DNA from: Octopus vulgaris
Lineage: Eukaryota
Reading direction: 5' to 3'
DNA length: 64,000 bases
Assembly: GCA_951406725.2 (NCBI GenBank)
Contig: OX597814.1
Coordinates: 173,724,001 to 173,788,000, forward strand
Below, piece by piece: positions 11,566-23,324 of this stretch. Each line of letters begins with the position of its first letter. Position 1 is the stretch's first letter. Below the pieces are notes generated by a model that saw only the letters and a list, made by a program, of their open reading frames with translations, ran no database searches and had not been told where the DNA came from. Both the position numbers and the translations under genes were made by a program.

Positions 11566-11725
11566 TTTGAGGCTGGCCAGATCGGAGCAATCTCAAGATT
11601 AATCGGCCGAAATTGCGAGGATGATCCGGTTCTTGACTGAAGATTGAAGGCTTCGAATGTCCCGTCCGTGTTTTTTGTATCGTCTTCTAAATGTTTTGCG
11701 TTCTTGTCCCAGTTTGTATTTTTTT
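11353..11725. mobile_element. Non-coding interspersed repeat, putatively Penelope-like
   Basis: Diverged homolog at ~18570-18872; its end TTTGCGTTCTTGTCCCA also occurs at ~47827-47850; abuts microsatellite. Confidence 0.5.
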
Positions 11726-11757
11726 ACATATACATACATACATACATACCTACATAC

Positions 11758-11850
<93 letters not shown>

Positions 11851-11852
<2 letters not shown>

Positions 11853-13190
11853 TTATTTTCTCGTTTTGTAATTAATTGTATTTTTTGTACATGTATTTTA
11901 ATTTTGCAGTTTTATTGTTACGTCTTGTTTGTGTTCGTACTCATTTTGCCCCGCTGCTTGGAATTTTATTTTAATTCTCAAGCAGGAAGGCCTATTGGAT
12001 TAGTATTCTGTCTATGCCTTCGAAACATGCCTGACTCCACTAGCGACAGCTGATGACGGGGTTTTTGTCCTTGTGTAGCTCGTCCTGTAATTGTTTTTCG
12101 TTTTCTTGTTTTTCGTTTTTCGTTTTCTTGTTTTTTGTTTTTTGGTTTTTTCCGTTTCTACGTCTTATTGTGATGTCCTGTACTCACGTATAATTATTTA
12201 TATATGCATGTATATATACATGTAGATGTAGGTACGTACATATATGTTTGTATGTATGCATATATTTTTATTTTATCACCTTATTGTCTGACAGCGCCCC
12301 GCATCAGGTTCGTTCCGATTCGTCGTTTCGGTCCACTTCTTGGTTCCTTTTTTTATATCATTATATTTAAGATGCGGAACTCTCTCCCTTTGCTTTAACC
12401 TCTTCACTCTCCCTCCCTCCCACTCCTCCTCTCTCTTCGCCGCGTGTCCCCCTCTTCCTTCCTTCTTCTTTACTGCTAGCTTATAAAACAAAATTCCTTT
12501 ACACGTGGTTCTTACTATTAAAAGACTGCCTCCACGCGCTGATACAATACCATTCGTCTTCGCCAGTGAAAGGCTTTTTCGTTCGTCCCCTTGTGTGGTT
12601 GATTTCCTGTATCGTACTCTTTTTATTTTCTCGTTTTGTAACTAATTGTATTTTTTGTACATGTATTTTTATTTTTGCAGTTTTATTGTTTGTCTATGCC
12701 AGAAAAAAAAGGCTTTCTCGTTCGTCCTCTTGTGCGTTTGATTTCCTGTATCGTATTCTCTTTTATTTTCTCGTTTTGTAATTAATTGTATTTTTTGTAC
12801 ATGTATTTTAATTTTGCAGTTTTATTGTTACGTCTTGTTTGTGTTCGTACTCATTTTGCCCCGCTGCTTGGAATTTTATTTTAATTCTCAAGCAGGAAGG
12901 CCTATTGGATTAGTGTTCTGTCTATGCCTTCGAAACATGCCTGACTCCACTAGCGACAGCTGATGACGGGGATTTTGTCCTTGTGTAGCTCGTCCTGTAA
13001 TTGTTTTTCGTTTTCTTGTTTTTCGTTTTTCGTTTTCTTGTTTTTTGTTTTTGGTTTTTTCCGTTTCTACGTCTTATTGTGATGTCCTGTACTCACGTAT
13101 AATTATTTATATATGCATGTATATATACATGTAGATGTAGGTACGTACATATATGTTTGTATGTATGCATATATTTTTATTTTATCACCT
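11851..13190. mobile_element. (TA)n-flanked element with ~430-bp direct terminal repeats (pseudo-LTR-like)
   Basis: 11851-12281 is nearly identical to 12761-13190; partial third copy at ~12571-12692; no TG...CA termini; no ORF. Confidence 0.6.
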
Positions 13191-13789
13191 ATATATATAT
13201 ATATATGCATACATATATGTATGTATGTACGTATGTACACACCCTATAGGGTTTTGCCATCTGTTTACATGTGTTCGTCCGCTGATAAGATGTGGATCTG
13301 TTGTTTCACTTTTGAACTGTACAGAGCAATTAACCAAATTCTACCACTCCCAGGCCTGCAATTCTTTTTATTCTCTCCATGTTCACGATGCTTTTCATCC
13401 AGACATCAACTTGCATTGACTTCGCCAGTCTTTGAAACCTTGAAAACTATAAACACTTCTCTCTTCCTTGGACAAAGTTATGTGTTATAAAACAGATGAG
13501 AAAAAAAAAATTTTGCCAAGAGGAAAAGCCTGTCGGAAATAGTTCTGTAGATATCAGTAGTTAAAGATATCCTCACGCATTCTACTTGTATGAATGTTAT
13601 TAAAACAAGCGTATACTGTAATAATTGAAAATAAGCTGTTTGTGAATAAGAGCAACAACATTACGGTTTAAATATTTCAATATGTTCCTCCTTATTTTAC
13701 GTGCAAAGTAAGGCAAAGTTTATAGGTACTTACTTATCCAGGTGAATGTGCTACAAGGGTTCGATTCTCAGTAGAGGCTTTTTCTGAAT

Positions 13790-14434
13790 TATTTCTTATT
13801 TCTTTATTGCCCACAAAGGGGCTAAACATAGAGGGGACAAACAAGGACAGACAAAGGGAGATTAAGTCGATTACATCGACCCCAGTGCATGACTGGTACT
13901 TAATTTATCGACCCCGAAAGGATGAAAGGCAAAGTCGACCTCGGCGGAATTTGAACTCAGAACGTAACGGCAGACGAAATACCTATTTCTTTACTACCCA
14001 CAAGGGGCTAAACACAGAGAGGACAAACAAGGACAGACAAACGGATTAAGTCGATTATATCGAACCCCAGTGAGTAACTGGTACTTATTTAAGCGACCCC
14101 GAAAGGATGAAAGGCAAAGTCGACCTCAGCGGAATTTGAACTCAGAACGTAACGGCAGAAGAAATACCTATTTCTTTACTACCCACAAGGGGCTAAACAG
14201 AGAAGACAAACAAGGACAGACAAACGGATTAAGTCGATTACATCGACCCCAGTTCGTAACTGTTACTTAATTTATCGACCCGGAAAGGATGAAAGGCAAA
14301 GTCGACCTCAGCGGAATTTGAACTCACAACGTAGCGGCAGACGAAATACCGCTAAGTATTTCGCCCGGTGTGCTAACGTTTCTGCCAGCTCACAGCCTTT
14401 CTGCTAGCTCACCGCCTTCTGCCAGCTTACCGCC
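13790..14434 (-). mobile_element. SINE family A (trimeric body, triplicated 5' tip)
   Basis: Reverse complement of family A; TTCTGCCAGCTCACCGCC-like unit three times at ~14379-14434. Confidence 0.85.
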
Positions 14435-14622
14435 TTTCTCAGTTATTTCTGTAGCTAAAACTGTTTACAAAAGGGATAAATCACTATTCTATTTTTTTTC
14501 TTTTCTACTTTCGCTTAGGTTATATAATCATGCGCTTCAAAACAAATCACACATACACCCATCTATCCATCTATACATACATACATACATACATACATAC
14601 ATACATACATACATACATACAT

Positions 14623-14653
<31 letters not shown>

Positions 14654-14740
14654 TATACATACATACATACATACATACATACATACATACATACATACAT
14701 ACATACATACATACATACATACATACATACATACATACAT

Positions 14741-14920
14741 GTAACACCCTGCCTAAATACCATTCTTGAGAAATTAGGCTTCTCAAAACCAGAAAAGAGA
14801 GAGCTGATTCGAAGACTACAGATCCAAGCCATCGCTGGAATTGTAAAAATCTGTAAAACTTTCCGAGCACGTCTAAACTCTAAGCATGAGAATACATACA
14901 TAAAACAAAACATACAAATC
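14741..14920 (+). pseudogene. 3' fragment of an R4/Dong-like (RLE-type) non-LTR retrotransposon
   Basis: Translates VTPCLNTILEKLGFSKPEKRELIRRLQIQAIAGIVKICKTFR, similar to the C-terminus encoded at ~55435-55560; flanked by (TACA)n. Confidence 0.6.
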
Positions 14921-14990
14921 TGCATACATACATACATACATACATACATACATACATACATACATACATACATACATACATACATACATA

Positions 14991-15664
14991 GGTGCAGGAG
15001 TGGCTGTGTGGTAAGTAGTTTGCTTGCCAACCATATGGTTCCTGGTTCATTCCCACTGCGTGGCACCTAGGGCAAATGTCTTCTACTATAGCCACGGGCC
15101 GACCAAAGCCTTGTGAGTGGATTTGGTAGACGGAAACTGAAAGAGAGTGCATATGGTTGCACATGTTTCTCCTGCCAACAAGTACAGCTGTCTAGTATGT
15201 AATAAAATGTGTAAAAGCTTGGGCGAGTTTAAATGTCATATAAGCAACAATCATGAATCATTTCAATAAGTCTTCTTGGCAATGACTTTGTGTAACGAGT
15301 ATGCAGCTGACATGTCATGTATGTATGTATGTATGTATGTATGCATGCATGCATGTATGTATGTATGTATGTATGTATGTATGTATGTATGCATGCATTT
15401 ATGTATGCATGCATGCATGCATGTATGTATGTATATATGTATATATGTATGTGTGTATATATTTGTGTGTCCGTGTTTGATCCCCCAACATCGCTTGACA
15501 ACCGATGCTGGTGTGTTTACGTCCCCGTAACTTAGCGGTTCGGCAAAAGAGACCGATAGAATAAGTACTAGGCTTCCAAAGTATAAGTCCTGGGGTCGAT
15601 CTGCTCGACTAAATGGCGGTGCTCCAGCATGGCCACAGTCAAATGACTGAAACAAGTAAAAGAG
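14991..15664 (+). mobile_element. SINE family B interrupted at ~15145-15430
   Basis: 5' half 14991-15144 and 3' half ~15430-15664 match family B. Confidence 0.8.
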
Positions 15665-15695
15665 AAAAAGGGAGAATACATACATATATACATAC

Positions 15696-15752
<57 letters not shown>

Positions 15753-15804
15753 TACATACATACATACATACATACATACATACATACATACATACATACA
15801 TACA

Positions 15805-15836
<32 letters not shown>

Positions 15837-15945
15837 AAAATACCGTTTGATGTTGCTAAAATTCCAATGGAAAAGCCTTAGGTCTAAGTTAGAAACCGGC
15901 TCTTTCTCTATAGACAAGAATTTTGAAATAAAACTGAATAATGAC

Positions 15946-16035
15946 ATACATACATAGACGCGCGTACACACACGCACTTACATGCATACATACATAAATA
16001 CATACATACATGCGTACATTACATACATGCGTACA

Positions 16036-16085
<50 letters not shown>

Positions 16086-16690
16086 GCATGCATGCATGCA
16101 TGCATACATACATACATACATACATACATACATAGCATACATACATACATACATGCATGCATACATACATGCATACACACATACATACATGCATACACAC
16201 ATACATACATACATGCATGCTTACACACATACATACATACATGCACACATACATACATACATGCATACATACATACATGCATTCATGCATACATACATAC
16301 ATACAAACATACATACATACATACATACATACATACAAACATACATACAAACATACATACATACACACATACATACATGCATGCTTACACACATACATAC
16401 ATACATGCATACACACATACATGCATACATACATGCATACACACATACATACATACATGCATGCTTACATACATACATACATACATACATACATGCATAC
16501 ATGCATTCATGCATACATACATACATACATACATACATGCATACATGCATACATGCATTCATGCATACATGCATACATGCATACATACATACTTACATAC
16601 ATACTTACATACATACATGCATACATGCATTCATGCATACATGCATACATACATACATGCATGCTTACATACATACATACATGTATATGT
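15946..16690. repeat. Degenerate (TACA)/(TGCA) microsatellite array
   Basis: Direct reading; source of the long HTYI/MYVC ORFs. Confidence 0.95.
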
Positions 16691-17280
16691 ACATATATTG
16701 TGCTTACATGTGTGTCTGTGCGTGAGTCTTGTGGCGAGAAAATCTGTAAAGTACCCAATGTTTCCACACTAAACTGTTTATTCACGCATAGCATGTCAAA
16801 CGAAAATACATTTTCTCCAGTTTACTTCTATGGCACGGACAGGCGTGTGTTGAGTGAGTTTAACGGAAACAAAGAATTACTTATGTTATTATACCATGGT
16901 CTATGGTAGTCATGCCTGGCGGACAGCAAACCAAAGCAAAAGCTATTTTCTGTTTATACTTTCGTTAGCTTTCATAGAAGGTATTATATCACAATATAAT
17001 GTACGGTATTAAGATTGTTTTCTAGATAATGATGATACTGCGAATTATGGTAGTGGATGGTGGCGATGGTGGCGATGGTGGCGGTGGTGGTAGTTTTTGG
17101 TGGTTAGTGGTGGAGATGGTGGCAGTGATTTTGTTTCTGGTGGTAGTGGTGGGATAGGGGAATGAAGACCGTCGTCGTCGTCGTCGTATGAGGGCGCGAT
17201 GCTGATATTTTTTTTTCTTCTTTGCGAAAAACGCTTTTTGCAAAAAATAGAACAAGGAAAATCTAAGTTGATATATGACA

Positions 17281-17374
<94 letters not shown>

Positions 17375-17394
17375 ACAAACAGACAGACAGGCAC

Positions 17395-17457
<63 letters not shown>

Positions 17458-17471
17458 TAGACGGATAGATG

Positions 17472-17503
<32 letters not shown>

Positions 17504-17996
17504 TGTTTCTTTATTAGCCACACAGGGCTGCACACAGATAGAACAAATTACAAGGTAGAGCTTTTCTTTTGAAGGTTTTAAAAAAAAAAAAGGAAAGGGG
17601 GGAGTTTCGATCAAAAGGGATCGTAAAAGGAGAGAAAGAGGACAAAAAAGGGGGGTTAAAAAAAGGGGGGAGAGGAAAAAAAATTGATCAATAGGGATCG
17701 TTATCACAGAAATGTCAATATGAAGTGTAAAGGGGAGGACAGGTGAGGTTTACCCGTGGAAAGAAAAGCCTACGGAAAAGACCACGGTCAATGAAGTCAC
17801 ATTTTATATTTCTTTTTTTTTTTCTTTTTTTTTTTGCAAATAAGCAAATCTCTGTTTTCAATTTCTGGATTCATAGGATTATGCTCAAGGTGGCTTCGTC
17901 ATTCATACGTGCCATTCTTGCTACATTCACCCATCTTTTTTTAAAACATTCGCTAGACAAAACTTGCCTCTCTACTCTCACTTTCCTTTTCAAGTG
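17504..17996 (-). mobile_element. 5'-truncated Tx1/L1-like LINE (ORF2 C-terminus + 3' UTR) inside (GATA)n
   Basis: Minus-strand HLKRKVRVERQVLSSECFKKRWVNVARM...IIL* (stop at 17871) resembles Tx1-type ORF2 ends; 3' end ...GTGGCTAATAAAGAAAC; (GATA)n on both sides. Confidence 0.6.
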
Positions 17997-18071
<75 letters not shown>

Positions 18072-18195
18072 AAAGTGCATAATGAATTTATAAAAGTATG
18101 CATGTATTTATATATGTATGCGTGTATGTGTGTGTATACATATATATATACAATATATATGTGTGCGTGTATATATACATATATATATACGACGT

Positions 18196-18890
18196 CTATA
18201 CACACACTTTCTCTATAGTCTGTGTCTTTCTCTTTCCTTGCCTCTGATTCTTCCCCCACTCTATCACATTTCTCCGTCTTTCTTACTTTGCACCATTATT
18301 TCTATTGCTAAGCCAATCCTGTTTCTTTTCCCCTCTTTAATTCCTTCCTTCTCTCCCCCCCCCTTGGTGCCTTCGTCCCTTTCTTTCTCTCTCTCTTTGA
18401 TTCCTTGCCCCTGCTTTTCTTTCTCTTTCTTCCGTCCTCTCACGTGACCGCCTTCAAACTGGTCTTTCTGGCTTGACCGTTGCCACGTTAACACTGTTGT
18501 CTTCGTTTGAAAAAGGCATTTTTCAAATACGCCAGCCAAGATAAGTTAAAAATTGTCTGAAGTCGTAAGACACCCACTGTTTTGTCCTGTTATTACTATT
18601 CTTGTTTTTTATTTCTATTTTTTGTTTCTTGTATTTATATTCGTGTGGCATCCTGTCCTTGTTTCGTATACATTCGATCCTCTTTCCAAGAAATCTAATG
18701 CTCGTAGCATAGTTTTCTTTGGGGCTGGCCGTATCGGAGCGATATCGAGGATTAATCAGCCGAAATTGCTAAGATGATCCGGTTCCCGACTGAAGATTAG
18801 AGGCTTCGAATGACCCGTCTGTTTTTTTGTGCCGTCTCTTTGTGTTTTTGCATTCTTGTCCCATTTTGTAATTTATATTTAATTTCTATA
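18196..18890. mobile_element. (TA)n-flanked non-coding repeat, same family as 11353-11725
   Basis: Alignable by eye over ~18570-18872. Confidence 0.5.
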
Positions 18891-18914
18891 CATACATATA
18901 TATATATATATATA

Positions 18915-19105
18915 TAGACCGTCGTGAGACAGGTTAGTTTTATCCTACCGATGCATCGCGCGTACGCGGCGCCCCGAGTCGCGTCGGGGTACTCGGCGTG
19001 CGGTCGAGGCGGCGGCGCGCTCGCGTGTCGTCCGTCCAGGCCGTGCCGCCGGCGTTTCTCCGGCCGACCTTAGGCGGGCGTCGGCAACGTCAACTCGGCT
19101 ACGGC
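18915..19105 (+). rRNA. 28S: 28S rRNA fragment (domain V 3' part) with GC-rich extension; pseudogenic
   Basis: TAGACCGTCGTGAGACAGGTTAGTTTTATCCTACCGATG matches the conserved eukaryotic LSU segment (18915-18953); followed by ~150 bp of very GC/CpG-rich sequence. Confidence 0.8.
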
Positions 19106-19255
19106 TGTTCAATCAGAATGAACATTTAACATTCTACTATTTCATTTTATTTTATTCAATTATAATATATTATCTTATAATATATTATCTTATAATATAT
19201 CATTATAAGATTGTAAATAAAACGTGAAAATCAGACAAGGTTGGAATTCCTTTTA

Positions 19256-19325
<70 letters not shown>

Positions 19326-19327
19326 TA

Positions 19328-19648
19328 TTCGGTCAAGAATGACCATGGGATTGCACCTAAAAAGTTCTCCTCTGAGGCATAAGTCCGGGCAAGGCTATTT
19401 AGGGAAGACCTGCAATCACCCATGCATATGGGACGCCCCTCTCCACGCCACCGACGTTTTCCAAAGGAAAACCAAAGGTCGATACAGCTCGGAACCAGTA
19501 ACATCACAACTCATTTCTACAAATGTGTTATCTGGAGCAACGTGGAAAAAGTATCTTGCTTAAGAACACAACGTACATCCTGGACCGAGAATCGAACTCA
19601 CTACCTCATGATTGTGAGCCCTACGCTCTAACCACTGAGCCAAGCGCC
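19328..19648 (-). mobile_element. SINE family D
   Basis: Reverse complement of 42502-42835. Confidence 0.8.
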
Positions 19649-19694
<46 letters not shown>

Positions 19695-20184
19695 ATCGTT
19701 CAGACATTAACGAATCTATAGAACGCCTGTGATGACAAGACATGTATAGAAATGAATCTGTCAGCGCATGTTTCAAAGAGCAGTCTAAAGAAATCTGAAG
19801 TTGGGCAACTTAACTATGAGCTTCTCATTGTGGAAAACTTTGCATCAAGATTATTTTTGCCAGTTATCTTGAGGTGAGAGAAAGACAGACAGAGGCAGCG
19901 AGACGTAGACAGAGATAGAGGGACAGAGAGATAGAGTGACTATCAACATTCCACTGTTATCGTAATGACACTTGATGAAAAACTTTATTATAAGCGCTTG
20001 AATTTTTTTTTTTTTTCAATAGAATGTCTTTCTGCGGGAGAAATAGGTCATAAGATAGACAAATAGATCTATCTTATTTACATGTTCAATGAGACTGCGA
20101 TATTGTTACAAAAGTGGTGATGGTGGAAGAGGTGATATTAATGAAAGTGATATTGATGATATATAAAAAAAAGATATATATATA

Positions 20185-21178
20185 CAGAGGTGATATTTTC
20201 GGAACTCGATGCTTTCCTTTTTCCGTAAAGGGAAAAATGCCTCACAAGCAACCAAAGGAATATGCGCAGTTTACGGTGATGTTTCTTTATCCGAAAGAAT
20301 TGTACGGAAGTGGTTCGCAAGGTTCCAAGCTGGAGATTGTAGCCTTATTGATAAAGAGCGATCAGGCAGACCATCCACTACAGATGATGACCAAATCAAG
20401 TCATTAATTGAGAATAACCCACATTGCACAACCCGAGAATTGGCAGAAAGCCTCAATCTATCAAAATCCGTCGTTCATGAGCACCTGGTAAAGCCTGGGT
20501 ACACAAATCGCTACGATGTTTAGGTACGACATGAGTTGAGTGAGAAGAACCTTTTGGATCGCATTTCCATCTGTGATGCGCTTTATAAGCGGAATGAAAA
20601 CGCGCCTTTTTTAAAGCAAATTGTGACAGGTGATGAGAAATGGATTATCTACCGAAATGTTCAGAGAAAGCGATCCTGGAGTAAGCGATATGAACCACCC
20701 TTAGCCACCCCAAAAGCGGGTCTTCACCCTAAAAAAAGTCTTGCTTTGTGCCTGGTGGGATTGGAAAGGAATTCTGTACTATGAGCTTCTCTCAAGTAAC
20801 CAGACAATTAATTCTGAGAAATAATACACACAACTGAAAGAGTTAAAAGCAGCAATTCAAGAGAAACGTCCAGAATTGTCCAACAGGAAGGGTGTTGTTT
20901 TCCAACATGATAATGCAAGACCGCACTTTTCTTTAAGAACCAGACAAAAATTGCTGCAGCTCGGCGGGGATGTGTTACCCCACCCTCCATATTCACCACA
21001 TATTGCTCCTTCGGATTTCCACTTATTCAGGTCTCTGCAGAATATTCTTAATGGTAAAAATTTCAATTCCTTGTATGACGTAAAAAGATACCTTGATGAA
21101 TTCTTTGCCATGAAACCACCTTAATTCTGGGAAAAGGGTATTTTCAAGTTAAAGGAAAGATGGAGACGCATTGTGCAT
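20185..21178 (+). pseudogene. Mariner (DD34D) transposase, disrupted
   Basis: HTH region with RSGRP; WVPHEL motif as *VRHEL; IVTGDEKW; HDNARPH; HPPYSPHIAPSDFHLF; stops near 20523 and 21124 plus frameshifts; no TIRs seen. Confidence 0.95.
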
Positions 21179-21380
21179 CTGAAAACCTTAAAGATACCCT
21201 ACAATCTAAATATATTGAAAAGTCGACATTACTTGGAACTGCACGCATATTGCGTAAAGTACTGTTTGTCTGAGGTCCTTATTGTGACTTGACAAACAGT
21301 ACAAAACCCCAGTAGACACAATATCTTCACTCAACAACCTCACGATATTGTATACTGTTCGACATCTATAATAATAATAA
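21179..21380 (+). mobile_element. 3' end of an R4/Dong-like non-LTR retrotransposon
   Basis: ...KSTLLGTARILRKVL C-terminal motif, short 3' UTR and (TAA)n tail. Confidence 0.7.
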
Positions 21381-21522
21381 AATGAAGATCAAATAAATAG
21401 TGCGTGTTTATTGACAAAATGACCGTCCCCAAATATAAACAATATTTGTTTTAATGTTATAATAAAAACTGTTTTACATTAAAGTGATTGATTACTCAAT
21501 ACATTTGGTAGAGTACAAATAA

Positions 21523-22110
21523 GGCGGCAAGCTGGCAGATTCGTTAGCACGCCGGGCGAAATGCTCAGCGGTATTTCGTCTGCCGTTACGTTCTGAGTTC
21601 AAATTCTGCCGAGGTCGACTTTGCCTTTCATCCTTTCGGGGTCGATAAATTAAGTACCAGTTACGCACTGGGGTCGATATAATCGACTTAATCCGTTTGT
21701 GTGTCCTTGTTTGTCCTTTCTGTGTTTAGCTCCTTGTGGGTAGTAAAGAAATAGGTATTTCGTCTGCCGTTACGTTCTGAGTTCAAATTCCGCCGAGGTC
21801 GACTTTGCCTTTCATCCTTTCGAGGTCGATAAATTAAGTACCAGTTACGCACTGGGGTCAATATAATCGACTTAATCCGTTTGTCCGTCCTTGTTTGTCC
21901 TCTCTGTGTTTAGCCCTTTGTTGGTAGTAAAGAAATTGGTATTTCGTCTGCCGTTACGTTCTGAGTTCAAATTCCGCCGAGGTCGACTTTGCCTTTCATC
22001 CTTTCGAGATCGATAAATTAAGTACCAATTACGCACTGGGGTCGATGTAATCGACTGAATCCGTGTGTCTGTCCCCTCTGTTTTTAGCCCCTTGTGGGTA
22101 GTAAAGAAAT
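21523..22110 (+). mobile_element. SINE family A (trimeric body)
   Basis: TSD GGTAGAGTACAAAT at 21507-21520 and 22112-22125. Confidence 0.9.
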
Positions 22111-23093
22111 GGGTAGAGTACAAATTTATTGTTCTTTAACAAGAATAGTATTGACAGTAACTTCGAAGTTTCGGGGCCAGTTAGGTATGAGTTTGCTTGG
22201 TTTTGTTTTCATTGCAAAGATGATTATTTCATAGGTTTTTTGGGGTTTTTTTACAGATTGCTCGATGAAAAATTGAAATAGTACAGAAGCTCAAATATTT
22301 CAGCAGGATATGTTTCAGGGCTGCATTCTAGTGACGAAACAGGTCTTAAGTGAACACTCAAATATGTATCACTTACATGCTAAACGACTCATAAGATTGC
22401 TTGTTGTACATAAAATATGTCAAAGTACAGATAGGCGGGGAAAACGCCATCACATAAAAAAAGAAAAAATATTAATGAATCAGTCTTTTTTTATCTTTAT
22501 GTGTTTCTTTTTTCTTTTTTCTTTTTTCTTTTTTGCAGGGTGGCGGCTATTGTAACACTGGTGATATTTTTTATGACGTTAGGGCCAAATTAATTGGTTA
22601 ATTAGGTCAGCAGACGCCTTTGAGATATAAAAATATGACAAAACTTGATTGCTTTGTAAAGCACGTAAATGCACACACATATACGCGCGCGCGTGCGTTC
22701 ACATATATACTATGCACACATATGTATATACATGTCTGTATACATATGTGTGTATTTATGGATGAAATGACATTGAAAAATTTCCCACCTGTGCCTTCTA
22801 TATGGGAAACATATTGTTAAATATAGGCTGATGTACTGAATGTGTTGAACCAAAACTAAACTTCAACTGGTTGAAATTTAAATTATAACGAAACAAAAAT
22901 ACGTGAGAGTAAGTGCAAATTTCTTCTCACAAGCAGCAAGGGAGAGAATTCTCAAATTTTCAATTGAACAAAAAATTAAATTGAATTGTGTAGAAGGAAT
23001 GGCTAGCGAGTCTGAGTCGGTCTCTAACCAAGTAGGTTTGTGTTGGGTATGCTTCGCTAAGGAGGTCATATAAAACAGAAACATGTTTAGACT

Positions 23094-23324
23094 TATTTCT
23101 TTATTGCCCACAAGAGGCTAAACATAGAGGGGACAAACAAGGACAGACAAAGGGATTAAGTCGATTACATTGACCCTAGTGTGTAACTGGTACTTTATTT
23201 ATCGACCCCGAAAGGATGAAAAGCAAAGTCGACCTCGGCGGAATTTGAACTCAGGACGTAACGGCAGACGAAATACTGCTAAGCATTTCGCCCGGCGTGC
23301 TAACGTTTCTGTCAGCTCGCCGCC
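23094..23324 (-). mobile_element. SINE family A (monomer)
   Basis: TSD AAACATGTTTAGACTT on both sides. Confidence 0.9.

Noticed and set aside
13807-14270. Recurrent peptides such as WYLIYRPRKDERQSRPRRNLNSER and LLSVSVYQIHSQGFGRP
   Set aside because: Antisense translations of SINE A and SINE B
15978-16909. Long HTYI/MYVC ORFs, and all similar [12 protein letters not shown] and poly-I/poly-L ORFs
   Set aside because: Translations of microsatellites
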